From NCBI GenBank assembly GCA_020348445.1, contig CP070751.1, positions 1,349,529 to 1,360,011 of the forward strand: 10,483 nt of DNA, read 5' to 3'. This document shows, piece after piece, positions 1 through 6,037 of this stretch (positions within the stretch are counted from its first letter, which is position 1; each line of letters begins with the position of its first letter). A program made the translations under genes and the position numbers. The notes under the pieces were generated by a model. It was given only the letters and a program-made list of their open reading frames with translations, had not been told where the DNA came from and did no database searches. This DNA is from Thermoplasmata archaeon (GTDB lineage: Archaea > Thermoplasmatota > Thermoplasmata > GCA-020350865).

Positions 1-249
1 CATATCACAGTTGCCTAGATGAAACCTGTTTTGTAACAGATTCGCAAAGAAATTTGTAAATTAAAATTTAAGTGAACCTTTAACATGTGATGTCATGCTG
101 GAAATAGATGCTATTTGTTATATCTATGAATTTTCAAACAATAATAACTCTTTAACTCTTACAAATGAAAGTTTTGATATTTTAATACTTACAAGAAAAT
201 AAGTTAGGTGTAATTGTAGATTCGAAGGAAAAATCCCTTTGCCCTCATT

Positions 250-624
250 CTACATCATATCAAAAGGTGGTTTATCAGGTTCCCTTGTAGAATAAATAGC
301 AATAGCCCAGCACGATGCCCTTGGCGAGTTAAATTCACATTTATCCTTCAAATAAGTGTCCATCTTGTGAGTTTTACTAACTGGAACTAACTTAATTTCA
401 TCATGATCACAGTCAACTCTGAAAGATTTCTGCTCAGACTTTAGATAAAAACTCGGTGTACTCTTGTATCCTTTAAAGTAAATCTCGTGAACATCCGTTC
501 CAGATTTATCATAAACATCCCAGTGATGTTCTTCGCCATTCAGGATGACATGTAGACTAGAAGGTGTTGACTGTTGTGTCATAGGAACGGCTTTTATCCA
601 ACATCTGTCTCCTTTTCTCAGCAT
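250..624 (-). CDS. Hypothetical protein (124 aa from first ATG; frame stays open to 693)
   Basis: Protein-like, beta-rich ORF with no recognised motif. A TATA-like box lies upstream at 734-741. The true start is uncertain. Confidence 0.55.
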   Translation of the reverse strand: MLRKGDRCWIKAVPMTQQSTPSSLHVILNGEEHHWDVYDKSGTDVHEIYFKGYKSTPSFYLKSEQKSFRVDCDHDEIKLVPVSKTHKMDTYLKDKCEFNSPRASCWAIAIYSTREPDKPPFDMM

Positions 625-733
625 CTTAAATTCGATGTCATTTATGGTGATGTTGAATCTTCTGTATTTTTCTGATATGAGTTCACCCAGCTCCTACAAA
701 AGAATGGATTTTTTAATGTTTATTGTCAAATGC

Positions 734-741
734 CTTATATA
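734..741 (-). promoter_or_regulatory. Putative TATA box for the 250..624 ORF
   Basis: Minus strand reads acagaacaTATATAAG, a TATA-like box with a purine-rich upstream segment. It predicts a TSS near 710. Confidence 0.35.
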
Positions 742-797
742 TGTTCTGTAGCCATTTAAATTGCCCTCCCTATATTGTATGTTTAAAAAATGGATAT

Positions 798-817
798 CTG
801 GAAAAATTATTTTCCAG
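798..817. repeat. Perfect 8-bp inverted repeat CTGGAAAA-atta-TTTTCCAG
   Basis: Read directly in the divergent intergenic region between the hypothetical ORF and the tRNA. Confidence 0.6.
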
Positions 818-985
818 GATTTGGACAGGAGAAAGAATACAGCTCTGCTAGCAGGGTGTGCTTTTAGCATTACTATTATATACAGTATTCTTTTTTATAG
901 GAAGGAAATGACGTGGATGAGTGATAGATTAAATAATATTTATCTATCTATTAGTTTATCCTTAAATTGTTCACGATTTCCTTAT

Positions 986-1070
986 GCAGGGGTAGCCAAG
1001 CCAGGTCTACGGCGACAGACTCAAGATCTGTTCCTGCAGAGGTTCGGGAGTTCAAATCTCCTCCCCTGCA
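986..1070 (+). tRNA. tRNA-Leu(CAA), type II with long variable arm, no intron, CCA not encoded
   Basis: Cloverleaf folded by hand. Acceptor GCAGGGG(986-992)/CCCCTGC(1063-1069); D-stem GCC/GGC; anticodon stem ACAGA/TCTGT with loop CTCAAGA (CAA at 1022-1024); T-arm GGGAG-TTCAAAT-CTCCT; discriminator A1070. Confidence 0.97.
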
Positions 1071-1071
1071 C

Positions 1072-1077
1072 TTTTTT
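1072..1077 (+). terminator. Oligo-T tract after the tRNA (archaeal-type terminator)
   Basis: TTTTTT begins 2 nt after the discriminator base. Confidence 0.5.
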
Positions 1078-1161
1078 ACTAGTAAATTCGTATCAAAATC
1101 TCCCCTCGGCGTAAAACTAAGTAAACGATTTAAGTTGTAAAAACAGTGAGACAGCTTAGGA

Positions 1162-2616
1162 CTATTCCGACTCGAGGCGCCTCGCACGGTTACCCATGGC
1201 GTCATATGTGGCGTATTTATAAAGTTCACCGAGGGTGGGATAGTTAAAACAGGTGTCAATAAACAGATTGCTGCTTGCGTCCATTATCAGGGCGTTGACG
1301 CCAATGTGGATTAATTCGGAGGCAATCTCGCCAATGACATGTACGCCCAGCAGTTTCATAGGCCTACTGAGGTCGTTGTTAAACTCGTAGATCAATTTTA
1401 AGAAACCATCGCGGTCGCCAATAATCATGCCTCGGGCATTCTGGTTATAGGCAGCCTTGCCCACTACATAATCAATCTTTTCCTCCCGACATTCTTCCTC
1501 GGTCTTGCCCGCCAGAGAGCATTCGGGGATGGTGTAAATACCAAGCGGCAAGATAGGCGTCACGTGCTCCTTGTAGGGTTCTAGGTTGAAGGCTTTGATC
1601 ATGGCGAAGCGAGCCTGTTCCATTGAAGTCGAGGCTAGGGCTGGTCTGCCAATGACGTCGCCAGCGGCATAGATACGCGGTACAGGTTTTCGTGTCTCTG
1701 GATGTATGACCTGGTAGTTTTGGTCTACTTCCAGTAGGCCGTACTTTCCGGGTGTGATCCCAGCAGCTTCGAGATTAAGTTCCCCAGAGGTGCTAGTCCG
1801 CCCCGTCGCGAGCATTACCGCCTCAGTATCGATGATTTTCCCCGAACCCAATTTAATCTCTAGCCAGTTGGCCTTCACGGTACAAGACTCCACGCTCTCG
1901 GGCATTATTAGGTTAATGCCTATCTTTGACATGCCGTTCTTGAGCGCGAAAGAGATGTCGCGATCCAGGATGGGAAGTAGAATATTCTTGTTGTGAACTA
2001 GGGACACATCTACGCCCAATGCGGCGAAGGTGCAGGCGTATTCACAGCCGATGATACCACCACCCACCACCACCATATTCTTGGGTATACTTTTCATCTG
2101 CAAAATAGAATCCGAGTCGTAGATGCGGCGGTCTTTTGGGAAGTTGTCAGGGCGGCGCGGACTCGAACCCGTTGCAATCAGGATAATGTCGCCCTTAAGC
2201 AACTTGGGTTCTTTGCCGAGAATCTGGACCTCGATTGTTTGCTCATCCACAAACAAACCCCTACCCTTGATGATATCCACGTTATGGTGCAGCATGTTAT
2301 TCATAACACGGGTACGCTCAGCATCCTTCACCGTGCGCTCGTGGTGGAGAAAATCCTGGACCGTGGCCCGACGTTTGAGTGCAAGATCCACGCCGTGGAG
2401 ACGGCGTGCACGTATCCCCGAGAGTGCCAGAGATGTTTCGCGAAGGGTTTTGCTGGGGATTGTAGTGCTAGCTGCAGCACCGCCTAAATAATAGTCCCGT
2501 TCTACTATGGCAACTTTTTTACCGAAATAGGCAGCCTGCGCGGCGCCTTTCTCACCTGCTGGACCCGAGCCAAGAACGATCAGGTCATAGTTGTACTTTG
2601 TTTTACTCTTAGCCAT
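1162..2616 (-). CDS. sthA: Soluble (Si-specific) NAD(P)+ transhydrogenase, flavoprotein disulfide reductase family
   Basis: FAD motif YDLIVLGSGPAG, TIPSKTLRE, NAD motif VVVGGGIIGCEYA, ATGR, IYAAGDVIG, GIYTIPE and C-terminal FNYPTL. YPT replaces the HPT of lipoamide dehydrogenase, and the CxxxxC disulfide is absent. The 484-aa length fits. Confidence 0.88.
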   Translation of the reverse strand: MAKSKTKYNYDLIVLGSGPAGEKGAAQAAYFGKKVAIVERDYYLGGAAASTTIPSKTLRETSLALSGIRARRLHGVDLALKRRATVQDFLHHERTVKDAERTRVMNNMLHHNVDIIKGRGLFVDEQTIEVQILGKEPKLLKGDIILIATGSSPRRPDNFPKDRRIYDSDSILQMKSIPKNMVVVGGGIIGCEYACTFAALGVDVSLVHNKNILLPILDRDISFALKNGMSKIGINLIMPESVESCTVKANWLEIKLGSGKIIDTEAVMLATGRTSTSGELNLEAAGITPGKYGLLEVDQNYQVIHPETRKPVPRIYAAGDVIGRPALASTSMEQARFAMIKAFNLEPYKEHVTPILPLGIYTIPECSLAGKTEEECREEKIDYVVGKAAYNQNARGMIIGDRDGFLKLIYEFNNDLSRPMKLLGVHVIGEIASELIHIGVNALIMDASSNLFIDTCFNYPTLGELYKYATYDAMGNRARRLESE

Positions 2617-2626
2617 ACATAACTAC

Positions 2627-3400
2627 CTAAACAATAAGCTCATCACCCTCACAGGCGATGTCAATAGAAAGTTTCAATTCTTTAGCTACTTCATTCACTT
2701 CTTCCTTGATTTCTTCCTTAAATTTAGGGGTTAAATGAATTAAGATGACCTGTGGAAAATATCCTTTAACTTGGTGAAACTCTATCAACTCCTTTTTTAG
2801 CATTTTGGGACATAGGTGTGCTGAATTCTTTGCCTTGTTTTCTAATCTATTAGGAAAAGTTACATCCATGATAATAAGCTGGGGTGATACATGTTTCCAA
2901 AGAGCCGAAAGACCGGGACCGGTATCGCCAGTGTAGAATATCTTTTTTCCTTCTTTGGAAGTGATTTCAAAGCCTACTGAACTAATATTATTATGGTTTA
3001 CCGGGAGTGCCAAAACTTGATAACCTTCAATATCCATAGGGGTAAAGAGTTCTAGGGCCACCAACTTGAGTGATTGTTTTTCACAAATGGGAGTCTTTTC
3101 AGTGAATTTAGGGTAAATTACACCATCGATAAGATGAGAAGCAAGAATATTAAGGGTTTGTTGTGTGGCAAAAACTCTAGTAGTGTGACAGGCGTTATTA
3201 AAGGCAAAAGCTGGAACCCCTCTGATATGGTCATAATGTCCATGAGATAACAAAATTGCCTTTATCTTTTCTTGCTCTGAAAAAGAAAGTTCCGAAGCGA
3301 GGCTCCCTGTATCCACAGCCAAGACATCATCAATCAGAAAGGATACAAGCCTTGTATATCTTGATTCCGCGTTATGTACACCTAAAAACTTTACTATCAC
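2627..3400 (-). CDS. MBL-fold metallo-hydrolase, probable class II-like 3',5'-cyclic nucleotide phosphodiesterase
   Basis: Motifs DTG, SHGHYDH (HxHxDH, nt 3227-3244), VNH, YTGDTG, SAHL and LIHL. The N-terminus VSFLIDDVLAVDTG...EQEKIKAILLSH resembles short class II PDE-like proteins. GTG start with AAGGTTGA upstream. The fold is confident; PDE activity is about 0.55. Confidence 0.85.
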   Translation of the reverse strand: MIVKFLGVHNAESRYTRLVSFLIDDVLAVDTGSLASELSFSEQEKIKAILLSHGHYDHIRGVPAFAFNNACHTTRVFATQQTLNILASHLIDGVIYPKFTEKTPICEKQSLKLVALELFTPMDIEGYQVLALPVNHNNISSVGFEITSKEGKKIFYTGDTGPGLSALWKHVSPQLIIMDVTFPNRLENKAKNSAHLCPKMLKKELIEFHQVKGYFPQVILIHLTPKFKEEIKEEVNEVAKELKLSIDIACEGDELIV

Positions 3401-3416
3401 TTAATCAACCTTGATA

Positions 3417-3431
3417 TGTTGTATAGCAACA
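3417..3431. promoter_or_regulatory. Putative operator TGTTG-N5-CAACA between the TATA box and the predicted TSS of the MBL-sthA unit
   Basis: Dyad read directly; the function is inferred from position. Confidence 0.35.
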
Positions 3432-3438
3432 CAGGTTT

Positions 3439-3451
3439 CTTAAAAATCTTT
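3439..3451 (-). promoter_or_regulatory. BRE/TATA promoter of the MBL hydrolase-sthA unit
   Basis: Minus strand AAAGA-TTTTTAAG ends 38 nt before the GTG, leaving room for a short leader with an SD-like AAGGTTGA. Confidence 0.6.
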
Positions 3452-3515
3452 ACGCTTACATATCCAACTTTTTTTGACTTTATGGTGTCCTTAAGAATAC
3501 TATAAGTTCCCTGAA

Positions 3516-5114
3516 TTATAAATCCGTTGTTGGAGCTTCGCAGCGGCGCAGTTTCCTGGAAAGCCCCTGTGCCATATTCTGCATCACCACCTTGCCAAGA
3601 TGACTATTTTTGTTCATCAGATTTTCTAGCTCAAATCTGTCAATCACGACAAGCTTAGAATCTACATCTGCTATCAGGTCAGCGACACGAGGCAAATCTT
3701 CAATGATTGACATCTCGCCAAAAATCTCTCCCTTACCAATTGAGCCAATTTTAATTCTTTTTTTTCTACTTCCCTTGGCTACAGCTGAAGCTCTGCCCTC
3801 TGCAAGAACAAAAATTTCCTTACCCATCTCACCTTCACAACATATGGTCTTACCCGCAGGGTAGGAAACCATCTTACAGATCTGAGCTAGTTGGGAAAGC
3901 TCCCCATCGGAAAGACCCTGGAAAATGTCCGATTGTCGCGTTGTTTCGGTGATCTCCATACCTATTTTCTTACATTCCAAGTCCTTCATTGCCAGCTTGA
4001 ATATTATCTTGGCCATTGGGGTAAGCTTTATGTTTTTTACGTCAGGAGGTATATTCAACTTAGCCATGCGGATCACATCGAGACGTTCCACTCCACGGAA
4101 TACCATTGAGGGGCAGTATGCCACTGGAACAAATCCTAACCTATCTAAGGTCTCTTGCATCTTCGGAGAATATGCGCTTACATCTATTTCAATATACTGA
4201 GCGCCATATTTCTGTGAGGCCAGCTTATCCAGTGTGGATAACAAGAACCCTTTTACTTCATCGTCGAACTCAATAAGTTCTAGTACCTTAACCTTCTTGT
4301 CAATAACGTCCACGGTGAACCCAATCGCACCTAGGGTTATGCCCTTCTCTTTGGCTACCAAATAGTGTGCCTGATTCATGGCAATTTTGAAGAATCCATA
4401 ACTCAAACTTAGATTGCCGAATACCTCAGGATTCTTTACTCGTCCCCGTTCAATACGGAGAAGAGGTGAAACCCCAGCTGATTGGAGTTCCTTAGTATCA
4501 AAAGACTTCTCCATGGGATAACCATCTACTTCGTCTTCAACTATAAGATCCACTGGTAAGCCAAGGTTTTGCATGCTTTTAGCTGCAACGGGGTAGATAC
4601 TAGCAATAACCCGAGGATTGTTCCTTCTCAAAGAGAGAGCAGGTTCGAAGAGTTTGGTGACAAAAACCATACTCTCTCTGGATGTCGCAAGTTGATACTT
4701 ATTTGGTTCAAACCCTGTTGGAAAAAATCCACACCGCTCACAGACCTTTTGCGCCCCTTGGTGGACAACCCTACACTCAGCAAAGCCAAATTGGATCATT
4801 TTTTTGGTTGACTCTATTAAACCGGCTGTGATTTCAGTGCCTGCACCCTTTCCGCTGTATTCAGGGTCCACTACTAGGCGTCCAAATTCACCTATCAAAT
4901 CAGAGAAGCCACCCGCCGTAAGATAAACTGAGCCTGTACCAATAATCTTGTTTTTCTCCTTAGCAACTAGAAATATGTTATCATCAGAGTAGATACTTTT
5001 AGTAAGCCACATGGGGTCGTAAAATTTCTTAAAAGGATAATCTGGGCCATAGATTTTTACAAAAAGATCCATAATTTGTGGCACATCAGCAACGTCAGCT
5101 CGCATAATTTTCAT
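3516..5114 (-). CDS. GNAT acetyltransferase fusion (GNAT + degenerate GNAT + C-terminal cNMP-binding domain)
   Basis: First GNAT has the AcCoA motif FGRLVVDPEYSGKGAG and AQKVCERCGF. The second GNAT-like fold (YIEIDV...LDRLGFVP) lacks motif A. The cNMP domain (~3530-3935) has IFQGLS...YPAGKTI..EG and the phosphate-binding cassette GEIFGEMSIIEDLPRVAD. SD-like GGGAGA is 7 nt before the ATG. Confidence 0.9.
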   Translation of the reverse strand: MKIMRADVADVPQIMDLFVKIYGPDYPFKKFYDPMWLTKSIYSDDNIFLVAKEKNKIIGTGSVYLTAGGFSDLIGEFGRLVVDPEYSGKGAGTEITAGLIESTKKMIQFGFAECRVVHQGAQKVCERCGFFPTGFEPNKYQLATSRESMVFVTKLFEPALSLRRNNPRVIASIYPVAAKSMQNLGLPVDLIVEDEVDGYPMEKSFDTKELQSAGVSPLLRIERGRVKNPEVFGNLSLSYGFFKIAMNQAHYLVAKEKGITLGAIGFTVDVIDKKVKVLELIEFDDEVKGFLLSTLDKLASQKYGAQYIEIDVSAYSPKMQETLDRLGFVPVAYCPSMVFRGVERLDVIRMAKLNIPPDVKNIKLTPMAKIIFKLAMKDLECKKIGMEITETTRQSDIFQGLSDGELSQLAQICKMVSYPAGKTICCEGEMGKEIFVLAEGRASAVAKGSRKKRIKIGSIGKGEIFGEMSIIEDLPRVADLIADVDSKLVVIDRFELENLMNKNSHLGKVVMQNMAQGLSRKLRRCEAPTTDL

Positions 5115-5169
5115 GCTTGGGTCTCCCTTTTCACTAGCAGAAACTTGTATAGTCCTAAAAAAATCACCT

Positions 5170-5184
5170 TTTTATAACTTTCTC
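5170..5184 (-). promoter_or_regulatory. BRE/TATA promoter of the GNAT-cNMP gene
   Basis: Minus strand GAGAAAG-TTATAAAA, predicting a TSS near 5150. Confidence 0.6.
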
Positions 5185-5346
5185 TATTCTATAGAAAAAA
5201 TAGTTCTTAAAACTCTATTTTCTGCACATTAAAAAAATATTTACCAACATTTGATTAAATAAAGTCCAGGAACTTTATGAGTTAAGTACTTGAAACTGAT
5301 AACTTTATTTTCCCGCGCGAGAATAAGGAAAAATGGAGATGAAGAC

Positions 5347-5637
5347 TTATTCCAGATATTCTATATCCACAAGCAATTCAAGTTTCTTTGGTGGAGGATG
5401 AAGCCCTCTTTTAGCGAAAAACGTGATAGGTTCTTCTCTTGTCTTTTTGATATATTTAACAAATGATTCAAAGTTTTTAAATTTCAAGAGTGCAGCATAG
5501 TTCCATTCACTTGATGGTACTAATATATCCACTAGCTCCAAGCCATCAAATTTTTTTGATACTTTCTTCAAAGTTTCCTTGGCTTCCTTAAACTCTTCTT
5601 TGTTACCACTAAAATTAAAATAGATTATTGCGTACAT
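5347..5637 (-). CDS. Small hypothetical protein (96 aa), predicted ferredoxin-like / dimeric alpha-beta barrel fold
   Basis: Beta-alpha-beta-beta-alpha-beta pattern (YAIIYFNF / helix / LVDILVPSSEWNYAALLKF / helix / KLELLV). It has its own TATA box 28 nt upstream. The fold is inferred. Confidence 0.75.
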   Translation of the reverse strand: MYAIIYFNFSGNKEEFKEAKETLKKVSKKFDGLELVDILVPSSEWNYAALLKFKNFESFVKYIKKTREEPITFFAKRGLHPPPKKLELLVDIEYLE

Positions 5638-5664
5638 ATTATCATTTCTCGCATCTTTTTTCCA

Positions 5665-5678
5665 TTTAAAAATATTTC
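5665..5678 (-). promoter_or_regulatory. BRE/TATA promoter of the 96-aa gene (near-leaderless)
   Basis: Minus strand GAAATA-TTTTTAAA, about 28 nt before the ATG, with no SD. Confidence 0.55.
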
Positions 5679-5729
5679 TTATTAGGAGCGTTAGAAATCT
5701 TTTTTAGAATTACTATAATTCAACAATTC

Positions 5730-5748
5730 AACACCTAAGGTAGGTGTT
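5730..5748. repeat. Perfect 8-bp inverted repeat AACACCTA-agg-TAGGTGTT
   Basis: Read directly in the divergent intergenic region. Confidence 0.65.
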
Positions 5749-5783
5749 ATCGGGATAGAAAAATATATCACTTGTGGTGAAAA

Positions 5784-5815
5784 CACAGACATAATCAGAC
5801 CTCTGGTTATGTGTG
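5784..5815. repeat. Stem-loop CAC-ag-ACATAATCAG-acct-CTGGTTATGT-GTG
   Basis: 10-bp stem with one U-G wobble on the + strand, plus a 3-bp extension. Confidence 0.55.
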
Positions 5816-5994
5816 CTCTAAGAAGAAGTGACAACAGAAAAAAATCGCTGAATATCTTTTTGAAATTAGCAAATTTGATCCTAATTATTTAATATTAATA
5901 TATAACTATGTAAAAAATCTATTTAGACTAGTCAAATTATTATTCTTTTGGATATGGATTATGAAACAGACAGAAAGAGAACGCAACTCCTCTA

Positions 5995-6010
5995 CAAACC
6001 TTTTTAAATA
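5995..6010 (+). promoter_or_regulatory. BRE/TATA promoter of the FecR-cyclase operon
   Basis: CAAACC-TTTTTAAATA lies ~28 nt before the TTG start. GAGGGGG is also present at 6025-6031. Confidence 0.55.
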
Positions 6011-6037
6011 AAAATACAATTCTAGAGGGGGAATATT

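Noticed and set aside
1-59. Possible end of a plus-strand CDS (YHSCLDETCFVTDSQRNL*) or start of a minus-strand CDS at 1-3
   Set aside because: Too little sequence to decide.
217-227. GTAGATTCGAA resembling part of a tRNA-Ser anticodon arm
   Set aside because: No complementary stem or other cloverleaf arms nearby; likely chance.
545-751. ORF 545..751 (+)
   Set aside because: Antisense overlap with the 250..624 ORF and its promoter region; no motifs.
761-1259. Track ORFs 761..1114 (+) and 951..1259 (-)
   Set aside because: Both run through the tRNA-Leu gene and have no recognisable motifs.
1162-2616. Dihydrolipoamide dehydrogenase or mercuric reductase call
   Set aside because: No CxxxxC disulfide, YPT instead of HPT, and no C-terminal Cys pair.
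1754-4811. Plus-strand ORFs at 1754, 2123, 2239, 3610, 3891, 3925 and 4569
   Set aside because: Antisense shadows of the well-supported sthA and GNAT genes.
5773-5787. CRP-like site TGTGGTGAAAACACA
   Set aside because: The spacer is one base short of TGTGA-N6-TCACA, the half-sites are imperfect, and no CRP gene is present.
1075-5937. Short palindromes TTTACTAGTAAA (1075-1086), TTCTATAGAA (5187-5196), ATAAAGT-N6-ACTTTAT (5259-5278) and GACTAGTC (5926-5933)
   Set aside because: Short and mostly AT-rich with no shared consensus; expected by chance in this composition.
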